NCBI GenBank assembly: GCA_963743305.1
Contig: CAVUPH010000014.1
Location: 32,001 to 96,000, forward strand
Reading direction: 5' to 3'
Length of the DNA stretch: 64,000 nucleotides
Origin: an uncultured delta proteobacterium
Lineage (GTDB): Bacteria > Desulfobacterota > RBG-13-43-22
Shown: piece by piece, positions 1 to 11,844 of the stretch
Layout: every line of letters starts with the position of its first letter
Numbering within the stretch: the first letter of the stretch is position 1
Made by a program: the position numbers and the translations under genes
The notes under the pieces: generated by a model
Databases searched by the model: none
Seen by the model: only the letters and a program-made list of their open reading frames with translations
Told to the model about the DNA's origin: nothing

Positions 1-786
1 GTAAACCAAAAAGCGTTTGCCCCGGGCCCGGGCGATGATGGTCATGTTCAGGCCCTGGGCCAGTTCCAGGCCCATGTGGGTGACGCCCGAACGGGACAGG
101 AGCACCGGGATGCGCATGATCGCGGCCTTCATCACAATCTCCGAGGTCAGGCGTCCGGTGGTATACAGGATCTTGTCCTCCCCCGGGATCCGTTCCAGCC
201 ACATCCGCCCGGAGATGGCGTCGGCGGCATTGTGGCGACCCACATCTTCGAAAAACAGCAGCACCCGGTCCTCCCGGCACAGTCCGCAGCCGTGCACCGA
301 TCCGGCCTGTTTGTAGAGGACGTCACTTTGAGAAACCGCCTTCATCAAACCATAGAGATGAGATTGGCGCACGGCTAAGGGGGGGAGGCGCAGTTCCAGT
401 ATCTTGTCCAGGGTGCAACTGAAGATCGTCCCCTGACCGCAGCCTGTGGTCACCGTCATCTTCGAGATTTTTTCTTTCAGTTCGGAGATGCCCTGACCGT
501 GGGTGGTCCGCAGGAAGGCGGTTTCCTTCTCCCAGTCCACGTCGACCGAAGCGATCTCTTCAATCCGCTCCACCAAACGCTGATTGCGCAGGTACCCCAG
601 GGCCAGTTCCTCCGGGTGGGTGCCCAGGGTCATCAGGGTGACGATTTCCTGTCCGTCGATTTTGATGGTCAGCGGCGTCTCTCCGGGGACCCAGATTTCC
701 CGCCGTTCCCCCAAATGGTTGACCACCGTGGCCCGATGGACCGGCGAGCGGCCGGCCTGCGTCATCTGGGGGCGGTAACCATCCAT
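1..786 (-). CDS. fdhD: Formate dehydrogenase accessory sulfurtransferase FdhD (3' end runs off the window)
   Basis: Manual translation gives MDGYRPQMT...ETPLTIKIDGQEIVTLMTLGTHPEELALGYL...TTGCGQGT...GRHNAADA...TTGRLTSEIVMK. The ATG overlaps the hisHF stop (TGATG). Confidence 0.85.
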   Translation of the reverse strand, partial: MDGYRPQMTQAGRSPVHRATVVNHLGERREIWVPGETPLTIKIDGQEIVTLMTLGTHPEELALGYLRNQRLVERIEEIASVDVDWEKETAFLRTTHGQGISELKEKISKMTVTTGCGQGTIFSCTLDKILELRLPPLAVRQSHLYGLMKAVSQSDVLYKQAGSVHGCGLCREDRVLLFFEDVGRHNAADAISGRMWLERIPGEDKILYTTGRLTSEIVMKAAIMRIPVLLSRSGVTHMGLELAQGLNMTIIARARGKRFLVY

Positions 787-2357
787 CAAGGTCTGATCTC
801 CACCTTGCCGGCCAGAAAGCGCTTCACCTCGCCGATCGGCACTTCCCGGCGGTGAAAGATCCCGGCGGCCAGGGCCGACTCGGCCTTCGTCCGGGTGAAG
901 ACCTCCAGGAAGTGTTCGGGGCTGCCGGCGCCGCTGGAGGCGATGACCGGAATGGTCACCGCCGCCTTCACGGCGTTGATCAGTTCCAGGTCGAAACCCC
1001 GATTGGTCCCGTCCCGGTCGATGCAGTTGAGCAGGATCTCCCCGGCCCCCAGCTTTTCGCAGACCTGGGCCAGGGTGACCGCGTCCACCTCCCGGCCCTC
1101 GCGGCCGCCCTTGATGGTGCACTGGTACCAGCAGTAGCGCTCACCCCCGGGACCCGGAAAGGTCGTCTCGATCACCGGGTGCTTCGTTTCCTCCGGGTCC
1201 TTCACGTAGACCCGTCGGGGGTCTATGGAAATGACTACCGCCTGGTTGCCGTAGACCCGGGAGATCTCTTCGATGGAACTCTTCCCGCCGGCCCGGCCGG
1301 CGGCCAGATATTCCTCGACGATCAGGACGGCGTCGCTGCCGATGGAGACCTTGTCGGCCCCGGAACGGAAATACCGGGAAGCCACCTCCAGAGCGGAATA
1401 CCGCCGGCCTTGCCGATCGGTGTAGTCCCGTATCCCCCCGCCGATGGTCAGCGGAACAAAGACGTTTTCCGAGGTCCGCTTTAGGACCTCCAGCATGGGC
1501 AGGTCTTCCAGGGGGAAATCCCGAAAGCCGGTGATGTTCAGAAAGGTGATCTCGTCGGCCCCTTCCTGGTAATATCTCCGGGCCAGATCCACCGGCCGGC
1601 CCAGGTTCCGGACCTCCCCTTCTTCCCGCACGTCATATTGATCGCCCTTGGTCACTACCAGGTCGCCTTGATCGTTGGCGCGCACATCGAGGCAGGCGAC
1701 GATCCGTTTGGCCAGTCGGGTCCGCTCCGGGCGGTAAGCCGGCCAGTCCGCTTCTTCGCCCGGTTTAAGGAAATTCTCCAGCAGCCGTAATCCGGCGGCC
1801 CCGCTCTTCTCCGGGTGGAACTGAGTGGCCACGATGGGGCCCTGCTGCACGGCGCTGACGAACCGCCGGCCGTAATCGGTCACGGTCAGCACAAGGGCTT
1901 CGTCCTCGGGAACCACGTGGTAGGAATGGACGAAGTAAAATTTTTCGTCACCCCGGATTCCCCGCAGAAAAGGCGACGGCTGGCGCACCTGCACGCCGTT
2001 CCAGCCGATATGGGGGACCGCCAGATCGATGGCGAAGCGCCGGACCGCGCCCTTAAAGATCCCCAGTCCGGGAACGCCGGGGGCCTCCTCACTGAACTCA
2101 AACAGGGCCTGGAGACCCAGGCAAATACCTAAGAAGGGCCGGCCCGAGGCCAGATAGGCCCGCAGGGGATCCAGCAATTGTTTTTCCCGCAGGATCCACA
2201 TCAGGTTCCCGAAATGGCCGACCCCCGGGAAAACGAGCTTTTCGGCCTCCCCGATATCTTCCGGGGTTTCCACCAGCCTGACCTTTTCCCCCAGGCTCTC
2301 AATGGCGTTGACCACGCTCCGCACGTTTCCCGCGCCGTAATCCAGAAGGGTAATCAT
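786..2357 (-). CDS. hisHF: Fused imidazole glycerol phosphate synthase HisH-HisF
   Basis: N-terminal GATase motifs (DYGAGN, LGICLG, QFHPEKS) are fused to the cyclase domain (RIVACLDV, GADKVSIGS, IDRDGT, LAAGIFH). Confidence 0.95.
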   Translation of the reverse strand: MITLLDYGAGNVRSVVNAIESLGEKVRLVETPEDIGEAEKLVFPGVGHFGNLMWILREKQLLDPLRAYLASGRPFLGICLGLQALFEFSEEAPGVPGLGIFKGAVRRFAIDLAVPHIGWNGVQVRQPSPFLRGIRGDEKFYFVHSYHVVPEDEALVLTVTDYGRRFVSAVQQGPIVATQFHPEKSGAAGLRLLENFLKPGEEADWPAYRPERTRLAKRIVACLDVRANDQGDLVVTKGDQYDVREEGEVRNLGRPVDLARRYYQEGADEITFLNITGFRDFPLEDLPMLEVLKRTSENVFVPLTIGGGIRDYTDRQGRRYSALEVASRYFRSGADKVSIGSDAVLIVEEYLAAGRAGGKSSIEEISRVYGNQAVVISIDPRRVYVKDPEETKHPVIETTFPGPGGERYCWYQCTIKGGREGREVDAVTLAQVCEKLGAGEILLNCIDRDGTNRGFDLELINAVKAAVTIPVIASSGAGSPEHFLEVFTRTKAESALAAGIFHRREVPIGEVKRFLAGKVEIRP

Positions 2358-2389
2358 TGTTCCTTATTCCTTGTCATAAGTACGCCCAT

Positions 2390-2528
2390 TGAACATCGAA
2401 CATCCAACATCGAACATCCAACCTCGAATGAAAAACAAATCGGCATTGCCGAACAGAAAACACCTCTTTCTGTTTTTCAATTTTTTTCATTTCACATTCG
2501 ATGTTGGACGTTCGATGTTCGATGTTCA
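2390..2528. repeat. Intergenic inverted repeat built of 7-nt units (AACATCG/AACATCC), REP-like
   Basis: tgaacatcgaacatccaacatcgaacatccaacctcgaatg is answered by cattcgatgttggacgttcgatgttcgatgttca. Confidence 0.8.
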
Positions 2529-2573
2529 TCTTTTCACTGATCCTCCGCCAGTCCATCCAAGGCTTACGTCCGA

Positions 2574-3819
2574 TCAGGCCATCAACTCCTGGACCGAAAA
2601 CCAGAGGAGGGCCAGGCTGAGCAGGATAAGGATGCCCACCGTCGCCCAGGACACTTTATTATAGAGGGGTGAGTTTTTAAAAGCTCCCATCAGCTTCACC
2701 CGGTTGATCAGGAGAAGGATAAAAATCAAAATAAAGGGCAGCAGCAGGCCGTTGATCACCTGGGAGAGCAGCATAATCAGAATCAAAGGGGCCTTAGGGA
2801 TCAACACCAACCCCCCGCCCAGAATGATCAGCCCGGTGTAGAGCCACATGAATTGCGGGGCTTCTTTAAAATCCTTGTTGATGCCCGCCTCCCAGCCCAT
2901 CCCCTCGCAGATCACATAGGCCGTGCTCAAGGGCAGGATGGAAGCCGCAAACAGCGAGGCATTGGCCAGACCCAGGGCGAAGAGGAGACTGGCATATTTG
3001 CCGGCCAACGGCGCCAGGGCCACGGCCGCGTCTTCGGCCGTTCGGATGGGGATGTTGTGCACATGAAGCGTGGCCGCACAGGCCACCACAATAAAGAAGG
3101 CCACCACCACGGCCATGATGCAACCGATAATTACGTCCCAGCGGACATACCGGTAATCCTTGGTCCGTATCCCTTTTTCCACAATGGAGGATTGCTGATA
3201 AAACTGCATCCAGGGGGCGATCGTCGTCCCCACCACTCCGATCAGCATCATCATATAGGAACGGTCCAGTTGTATCCGGGGATGGACCATTTCCTGAAAG
3301 ACCCCACCCCAGGCCGGATGGGCCATAAAACCGGAGATGATATACGACAAATAGATCGTGCAGGCCACCAGAAAAACCTTTTCCACGAAATCGATAACTG
3401 CCCTTGACCACCAAAAACCAGACCAGAAATCCCCCGGCGGGGATGGCTATATAGCGGTTCACTCCCAGGATTTCCAGGCTGGCGGCCAACCCGGCAAATT
3501 CCGCCATGATATTCCCCAGGTTAGTCAGCAGCAGGGCCAACAGGACCAGAAAGGTGATCTTGACCCCGAACTCCTCCCGGATCAGGTCCGAAAGACCTTT
3601 CCCGGTGACCACTCCCAGACGGGCCACCATTTCCTGCACCATAATCAACAGGACGGTGATCGGGATCAGGGACCAGAGCAACCCATAACCGTAATGCGCC
3701 CCGGCCAGGGAATAGGTGGTGATCCCCCCGGCATCGTTGTCCACGTTGGCCGTAATTATCCCGGGTCCCACGATACTGAGAAAAAAAAGGAGGCGCTTCC
3801 GGTTCATAGTCCAGCCCAT
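2574..3819 (-). CDS. NRAMP-family divalent metal transporter, NrmT-like Mg2+ type (frameshifted)
   Basis: GPGIITANVDNDAGGITTY and GTTIAPWMQFYQQS motifs are split over ORFs 2866..3819 and 2574..3386. Confidence 0.85.
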
Positions 3820-3828
3820 AATCCGGCC

Positions 3829-5064
3829 CTATCTTCTCCGCCTCAAGGGGGTGGGCAGGAGGATATCGACGATGTCATCCACGGTGATGATCCCCAGCAT
3901 CTGGTCTTCCTCATCGACCACCGGCACGGCCATGAGATTGTATTTGGAGACCATTTCCGCCACTTCTTTCTTATCCACCTCGGAATGGACCTTTTTGGGA
4001 TTGGTTTTCATCAACTCTCCCAACAGCATCTCCGGGGCAGCCAGGATCAAGTCTTTCAGCGAGAGGACCCCCTCCAGATGATCGTCCTTGTCCAGGATAT
4101 AGAGGTAATAGATCATCTCCACGTCGGGGGCCAACAGGCGGAGGGACTGCATGGCCTCGGCCACGGTGGCCTCCTTGGGAAAGGAAACGTAATCCGTGGT
4201 CATCAGGCCCCCGGCGGAATCCTCATCGTGTTCCAGAAGTTCCTGAACATCGCAGGCCTCTTTCTCCTCCATTAAATTCAGGATCTCTTTGGCCTGGCTT
4301 TCGGGGAGGTCCCCCAGGACGTCGGCGGCCTCATCCGGTTCCATCACCTCCAGGACATCGGCCGCCTCCCCGGGCTCCATCTGCTTGAAGATATTGGCCC
4401 GGGTTTCCTCATCCAGTTCATACAGGGCTTCCCCGGCCTTCTCTTTCCCCACCGCGTCGATCAGGCTGGAACGTTCCTGCATGGAGACTTCGGAGATGAT
4501 CTCCGCCAGATCCACGGGATGCATCTGAATCAGGTTCTTACGGGTAATGGTCAGGGTCAGGTGATCCAGCCCCGGCTCCAGGGGCTTGAGATACTGCCAG
4601 GGGATGGGGGTCCCTTTTTTGGATTTCTTAAACCCCAACCGCCGGACCAGCCCTCCCAGCCCCACGTCAATCGCCAGGAGACCGAAATCCCCGTTGACCC
4701 GGCCCAGCCGGACATCATTGACCCGGACCACCTTGACCCCGTTGATATCGACTACCTGCTTATCCATGATATGCTCGGCGATCAGGATTTCGTGGGCCTG
4801 GGGCTCAGCAGAAACCAGGGACTCTTCGGAACCCCGGAAGGCGATCACCTTGCGGTTTAACACGTCCACGTCCATCAGGAGAATATAGAACAGCCCCCGG
4901 CGCCCTTTGACATACAAGCCCTCCACCAGGGGATAGGCCTCCCCCGGCACCACCCGCAGGTCTTTCACCCGCCCGATTTCGTTTCCCCGCTGATCCAGCA
5001 CGGGATGATTCAGCAGTTCACTTAAGAATATGTCGTCGGTGATCATCGGAATTCCCTCAATCAC
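3829..5064 (-). CDS. MgtE intracellular-domain protein (PRC barrels, MgtE_N, CBS pair; no transmembrane part)
   Basis: KQVVDINGVKVVRVND, MHPVDLAEII, MEPDEAADVL, SAGGLMTTDY and GIITVDDIVD motifs. Confidence 0.85.
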   Translation of the reverse strand: MIEGIPMITDDIFLSELLNHPVLDQRGNEIGRVKDLRVVPGEAYPLVEGLYVKGRRGLFYILLMDVDVLNRKVIAFRGSEESLVSAEPQAHEILIAEHIMDKQVVDINGVKVVRVNDVRLGRVNGDFGLLAIDVGLGGLVRRLGFKKSKKGTPIPWQYLKPLEPGLDHLTLTITRKNLIQMHPVDLAEIISEVSMQERSSLIDAVGKEKAGEALYELDEETRANIFKQMEPGEAADVLEVMEPDEAADVLGDLPESQAKEILNLMEEKEACDVQELLEHDEDSAGGLMTTDYVSFPKEATVAEAMQSLRLLAPDVEMIYYLYILDKDDHLEGVLSLKDLILAAPEMLLGELMKTNPKKVHSEVDKKEVAEMVSKYNLMAVPVVDEEDQMLGIITVDDIVDILLPTPLRRRR

Positions 5065-5534
5065 TAAAATCGAAGCGTGGCCTTTAGCCGTTTGGGATTC
5101 AAGAGCAGATCCAGGCCGTCCTGGGCGCTGCGAACCAGTATGTTCGCCGCCTTGATCGCCTCCACCGCGCAGCCTTCCCCCTCGACGACGGCTATGCCCA
5201 CCCGGGCCGCGGAGAGCATCTTCCGGTCGTTGTTGCCGTTGCCCAGGGCCACCACCTTCTCCGGTCCCAGGTCTTTCACCTGGGCCTCTTTTTGAAGGTC
5301 ATGGTCGGCGCCGGTCAGAATAGCAATGGTACAGTTTACCTTTTCCAGGGCTTCCCTGGCCTTGCCAAAGGTATCCGCCGTGAGGATTTGGACCTGCATA
5401 AATTCACTTATTCGGTTCAATCGATCCTCCACACCCGGAAGAAGCTACCCCATCCACCGACAGGGTCCCGGTAAAATCGGAGACCAGATACTCCACCTTC
5501 ACTTCTCCAAAACCCGGAATATCAACAGATACAT
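5064..5534 (-). CDS. HAD-family soluble P-type-ATPase-like protein, copy 1 (frameshifted)
   Basis: SDFTGTLSVDG, LTADTFG and GNGNNDRKML motifs; paralog of 18436..18909. Confidence 0.8.
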
Positions 5535-5718
5535 AATCTCTCCTGGAGGCTGCGCTTAATAGAGAAGAATAACCCGATAAGGGGGCTAATGACAACCCCT
5601 TTTTTCATGTAAAACCTCCGGTCCCGGGGGATACGAGGCGGAGATGGGATCCCCAAGGGTGATGCCCGGGGGAAAGACCGAGTCGGTCTATCTTCGGGCG
5701 CGGTAAGATCTTTCATAA

Positions 5719-7350
<1,632 letters not shown>

Positions 7351-7361
7351 GAAAGATTACC

Positions 7362-7522
7362 GTGAAAGCCTTCCAGGGCGATCTTTGGGACCGATTTTTC
7401 AACGCCCTGGAAGGTTTTCAGGAAGCCCCCGAAGAGTTGACCCGGTTAAAACAGGAGGACCAAATGAGGGAGACGGTTGAACGGCCGCGAAATACCAAAC
7501 CAGCAGAGGTTGGAGCGGGTGA
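7362..7522 (+). pseudogene. HIT-family C-terminal remnant
   Basis: Encodes roughly FQGDLWDRFFNALEGFQEAPEELTRLK, homologous to YSGDPLDRFFNALEGFQETPTELSRLK of 13917..14378. Confidence 0.65.
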
Positions 7523-7537
7523 AGGAGTTATTCGGTC

Positions 7538-9085
7538 TTAGACGAGCACCCTGCTATAGGTGACTCGTCCATCCCCGGGGCCATAGAAATTCTCCAGCAC
7601 GGATTCGGCAGTATAACCGCATCTTTCATAGAAAGCCCTGGTGCCGTCGTAGAGGGGCCGCTGTGAGGTCTCAATGTATATTCTTTCCCCCTTGGCTTCC
7701 CTTATCAATCGCTCGGTTTCCTTGAGGAGTATTTTGCCTAAGCCCTTTCCCTGCCTATCGGGATGAACGGCAATCCAGTAGAAATCAAAGCTCGAGTCCG
7801 TACAGGGGATAGGACCGTAGCAGGCGTATCCGACCAGACATCCGCGGATCTCTGCAAGGACAAAATGATAGCCGCTGGCCTCGCCTTTGGAAAGACGCTC
7901 AAGGACCAGTTCCTCGGCCACATCCACCTCGGCGGGATGGAAGAACCCGGTCGCCTCTGCCAGTCTTCGAATGCCCTCAGCATCTTCGGGAATTACTTCG
8001 TAACGCAATTTTATATTCCGGGATGATTCGCCTTGAGGCTTTTGAGTGCCTAATTTCCGGGGGGAGGAGCAGCTTTCAGTGATGATCTTTTCTATGGTAT
8101 CTTTATAGGGAATCCCGAATTTCATGGCCGCGGCGGCAAACCCGGCATCAGGATTAAGGCACGGGTTGCTGTTGATTTCCAGAATCCAAGGCCACCCTCC
8201 TTCATCAACGCGGAAATCAACCCTGGCATATCCCCTGAGTCCGAACAGGTTCCAGCAACGCAGGGCCAGAGATTTTAACGCCAGAAGGATCGGCTGATCA
8301 TCGTCCGTGAAATCAAAAGACCTGTTGGTATGGAGGTATTCAGAGGATTCCATGTTCCACTTGGCGCGGTAGCCGACCATGGGAATACGTCCTCGGTCTA
8401 AACCATCAAAGACAATCTCCGCCGGGGGCAGCATTCTGGGGCCGTCAGGCCCTCCCAGGATGGAAAGGTTGAACTCCCGGCCAAGGATAAAGCGTTCCCC
8501 GAAACAGGCCCCCCCAAGATCGCTCGACCGTTCCTTGAGAATATCCCACAATTCCCCTTCGGTCTTCCCGGAAACGACATTATTATCAGCGAGACCCAGT
8601 GAGCCGTGTTCCCAAAGGGATTTGATAATCCACTGCCATTTCTTGCGAGGGGCATCCGTTTTATTATGATGCCACATAGCGATAGTCCGGGGATAAGGCC
8701 CTATCCAGGCCGGAGTGGGCAGGTGGCCGAGACACATCCGCTCCTTGGCCAGGATCTTATGGGTAGTTATGAAGATCGTCTCGGTACACGAGCCGGTGTA
8801 AAGGAGGCCCATGACATCAAGGAGCCCGGGGAAAAGATGCATCAGCCGATCCTTTCCCCCGAGGGATTCCACAAGGTTGAAGACCATATCCGGCCTTAAG
8901 TCCTCAAGCCGGCCCTTTATGTCCATAAGATCAAGGCCGCAGGGTATTTGAAAGGCCTTATGACCCAGATCATCCAGGACATTTGAAATAGCCTCGGCCT
9001 GGATCAAAACATCCTGTACGTCTGTCCTGTCGTTTGGTCCGACCTCGTTATGCACAATGGCTATGCGCATTATATTATTATCCAC
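7538..9085 (-). CDS. D-Ala-D-Ala-ligase-like ATP-grasp protein fused to a GNAT acetyltransferase
   Basis: VFNLVES, GREFNLS, YARVDFRVD and ILEINSNP motifs, then C-terminal GYACYGPIP, YWIAVHPDRQGKGLGK and RAFYERCGY. Confidence 0.85.
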   Translation of the reverse strand: MDNNIMRIAIVHNEVGPNDRTDVQDVLIQAEAISNVLDDLGHKAFQIPCGLDLMDIKGRLEDLRPDMVFNLVESLGGKDRLMHLFPGLLDVMGLLYTGSCTETIFITTHKILAKERMCLGHLPTPAWIGPYPRTIAMWHHNKTDAPRKKWQWIIKSLWEHGSLGLADNNVVSGKTEGELWDILKERSSDLGGACFGERFILGREFNLSILGGPDGPRMLPPAEIVFDGLDRGRIPMVGYRAKWNMESSEYLHTNRSFDFTDDDQPILLALKSLALRCWNLFGLRGYARVDFRVDEGGWPWILEINSNPCLNPDAGFAAAAMKFGIPYKDTIEKIITESCSSPRKLGTQKPQGESSRNIKLRYEVIPEDAEGIRRLAEATGFFHPAEVDVAEELVLERLSKGEASGYHFVLAEIRGCLVGYACYGPIPCTDSSFDFYWIAVHPDRQGKGLGKILLKETERLIREAKGERIYIETSQRPLYDGTRAFYERCGYTAESVLENFYGPGDGRVTYSRVLV

Positions 9086-9100
9086 ATCCTCTCTGGGTCT

Positions 9101-10087
9101 CTATTTTTTAATCCTCTTTGAAGCGGAGACCAGTATCCTTTCAATGAGCGCCTGATAGCTTAGGCCCACTCCCTTGGAGATAATGGGCAGGTCGGAATGA
9201 TCAGGGTGCAGTCCGGCCAGGGGATTTACCTCCAGGAAATAGGGATTTCCCCCATCATCACAGCGGATATCCACGCGACCTCCGTCCCTGCAACCCAGGA
9301 CGCGCCAGGCCTTGAGAGCAACCGCTTCGGACCTTTTAACCACTGAAGCCTCCGAGTTCTTTTTAATAGTATAACTCACCAGCTCTTCGGAATTCTCCTT
9401 GTTTACATAGGAATAGGCGCCCTGCTCCGCCTTCGGCAGCAGATGAATCTCCATCGTGCCCACGACCGTTGCCTCGGAATCCGTGCCTGTTAGGCCGACG
9501 GTAAATTCCCGGCCGGGAAGGTATCGTTCCACAAGAACAGGCTGGCTAAAGGCCTTACGCATAGCTTCGCAGGCCGGTCCAAGGTCCTCGGTCCGTCTTA
9601 TGATGGAATCCGGAGTTATCCCCTTTCCTGTGCCCTCCGCCACCGGCTTAATAAAAAAAGGGGGTTGAAAATTTATATCGCCTTCTTCTATTCTTCCTTC
9701 GAATACCCAAAAATCCGATGTGGGAATTCCGGCGTCCCGGATTACCCGTTTCGTCATGCTCTTATGAAGAGTCAGACTCATGACCAGGGGATCGGAAAAG
9801 GTGTACGGTATATCGTAGATATCAAGGACAGCCGGGACCTGGGCCTCGCGGCCTATCCCCTTCAGCCCCTCGGCTATATTGAAGACCAAATCCCAGCGGG
9901 CCCCCCGGGCCAGACGCTCAATCAGCCCGCGGGCATTGCCGATGCGTTCGGTATGGTGACCCAAGTGCCCGAGACTGTCCTCAATACCCTCAATGGTCTC
10001 TTCCCGGTCAAACTCGGCTGTCTCCAATTTGCTGTAACCTTGCGCCAGATAGTCGGACCTTAGATCATAGGTCAAACCGATTTTCAT
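9101..10087 (-). CDS. D-Ala-D-Ala-ligase-like ATP-grasp protein
   Basis: VFNIAEG, REAQVPA, KPVAEGTGKGI, GREFTVG, RVDIR and LEVNPLAGL motifs. Confidence 0.85.
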   Translation of the reverse strand: MKIGLTYDLRSDYLAQGYSKLETAEFDREETIEGIEDSLGHLGHHTERIGNARGLIERLARGARWDLVFNIAEGLKGIGREAQVPAVLDIYDIPYTFSDPLVMSLTLHKSMTKRVIRDAGIPTSDFWVFEGRIEEGDINFQPPFFIKPVAEGTGKGITPDSIIRRTEDLGPACEAMRKAFSQPVLVERYLPGREFTVGLTGTDSEATVVGTMEIHLLPKAEQGAYSYVNKENSEELVSYTIKKNSEASVVKRSEAVALKAWRVLGCRDGGRVDIRCDDGGNPYFLEVNPLAGLHPDHSDLPIISKGVGLSYQALIERILVSASKRIKK

Positions 10088-10139
10088 GGATTATTCTCTC
10101 CGCGGGATCAGTCCTTAAGACCTGTTAACGGGAAGTCTA

Positions 10140-11516
10140 TTAATAATTTTCCTGGGTCTCGGCAGGGGGTCTGGGGATGAAAACACTGGGAGCGGCCTCT
10201 GCGGAACTGTAAGCCGGATACTTATAAAGGACGCCTTTATAATTGCGAAGGACCAGATGGTCTCCATCCCGACCTTCCCGATACTCGGGCATAATCGGGA
10301 TCTTTCCGCCTCCTCCGGGGGCATCGATCACGTAACTGGGAATGGCATATCCGCTGGTAAATCCCCTTAATCCCCTGATAATCTCCAGACCCTTTTCAAC
10401 AGGTGTGCGGAAATGGGAAGACCCGGATATGGGATCGCACTGATAGAGGTAATAGGGTCTCACCCGCATCTTTAAAAGGTTATGGAAAAGGTCCCTCATG
10501 GTTTCCACCTTATCGTTGATCCCCGACAGGAGAACGGTCTGGGAACCAAGAGGGATGCCCGCGTCGGCCAGCAGGGAACAGGCCCTGTAGGCCTCGGGAG
10601 TGCATTCCTCCGGGTGGATAAAATGAAGGCTCATATAGAGCGGATGATGTCTCCGAAGCATGCAGACAAGCTGAGGAGTAACTCGTTGCGGCAGGACCGC
10701 CGGCACTTTTGTGCCGATACGCACTATTTCGACATGAGGAATTTTGCGGAGGTTGGTCAGTATCCAGTTCAGACGATCATCGCTCAAAGTAAGGGGGTCG
10801 CCGCCGGAGATAAGGATATCCCTGATCCCCGGATTGGCCCTGATGTAGTCAAAGGCCCTTTCAAGGCGGGACCTTGTTGGATGGAGAGACCCATGACCGA
10901 CCACTCTGGATCGTGTGCAATATCGGCAATAGGTGGAACAGAAATCCAGGGCAACCAATAGGACCCTATCGGGATATCTGTGCACCAGACCGGGCACAGG
11001 GCTTTGATGTTCCTCGCCGAGGGGATCATCATTTTCTCCCGGCGCAGCGATAAATTCATCGATGGTCGGGACAACGCTTCGACGCAAAGGGGAAGCCGCA
11101 ATATCAGGAGAGATGAGACTCATATAATATGGCGTTATCCCTACGGGGAGTTTGGGGGTAAACCTTTCCAGGGCAGCTTGCTCTGCGATTGAAAGGGTTA
11201 AAAACCTTTTTAAGCGGACGACCGTCTGGATGCGGTTGGTGATTTGCCAATGCCAATCGTTCCATTGTTTATCCGCTACCTCAGGATAAAATTGTCGTCT
11301 AAAGCTTTTGGTTTCTATTGATGTACGGGGTCTTTTCTTGCCGGTAAAAGGGATAAGAATCGCCGGATGGCGCTGGGGAATCCGGACGTCATGAGTCCAG
11401 GATATGGGGATCTCTAATGGCAAGCTGCTACTCGGAGGTTCCTCATCCTTATCAAGCAGGATCTCCTGCTGCTCCTGACCTCTAAAGCACGGCATTAGTG
11501 AACTTCCTTCCTCCAT
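10140..11516 (-). CDS. kamA: KamA-family radical SAM aminomutase (lysine 2,3-aminomutase-like)
   Basis: DPLGE, HRYPDRVL, CSTYCRYC, SGGDPL and YVIDAPGGGGK (PLP lysine) motifs. Confidence 0.9.
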   Translation of the reverse strand: MEEGSSLMPCFRGQEQQEILLDKDEEPPSSSLPLEIPISWTHDVRIPQRHPAILIPFTGKKRPRTSIETKSFRRQFYPEVADKQWNDWHWQITNRIQTVVRLKRFLTLSIAEQAALERFTPKLPVGITPYYMSLISPDIAASPLRRSVVPTIDEFIAAPGENDDPLGEEHQSPVPGLVHRYPDRVLLVALDFCSTYCRYCTRSRVVGHGSLHPTRSRLERAFDYIRANPGIRDILISGGDPLTLSDDRLNWILTNLRKIPHVEIVRIGTKVPAVLPQRVTPQLVCMLRRHHPLYMSLHFIHPEECTPEAYRACSLLADAGIPLGSQTVLLSGINDKVETMRDLFHNLLKMRVRPYYLYQCDPISGSSHFRTPVEKGLEIIRGLRGFTSGYAIPSYVIDAPGGGGKIPIMPEYREGRDGDHLVLRNYKGVLYKYPAYSSAEAAPSVFIPRPPAETQENY

Positions 11517-11619
11517 CTGTTACTCCCCCTTTGGAAAAAGATGTTTTTAATTAGCGCTAAAATAAGCCCATCTTAAAAAAAATCAAGCCTTTTTTCAATG
11601 CCTGCAAGGAACTACTAAT

Positions 11620-11745
11620 TTCCTTAAGCCATTTCCGATGGCCCGAGCGATCCGAGAGCCAGGCGGAAAAGATTTTCAGCAGGCTGGCCGTGCTATCAGA
11701 TCAATGACCGATTTGGGGACCCCGACTACGGAAGTTGGAAGCGTC
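11620..11745 (-). pseudogene. MFS transporter internal remnant
   Basis: DNA is nearly identical to 19880-20010 (ASLLKIFSxWLSDRSGHRKWL). Confidence 0.7.
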
Positions 11746-11844
11746 AGGGCTTTGTCCGCTGAAACTGTTTTTTCTCTTGACTCCGGATTGGTCATATTTT
11801 AAATTGTTTGGCATTTAAGACTGTCATAAAATAGGTTTTTGTGT

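Noticed and set aside
2374-2664. ORFs with NIEHRTSNIE repeats
   Set aside because: Translation artefacts of the heptamer inverted repeat.
5580-5670. Possible fourth fluoride riboswitch (GCTAATGAC and GGAGATGGGATCCCC)
   Set aside because: The elements are in the wrong order, P1 and the pseudoknot do not pair properly, and the strand is wrong for the adjacent operon.
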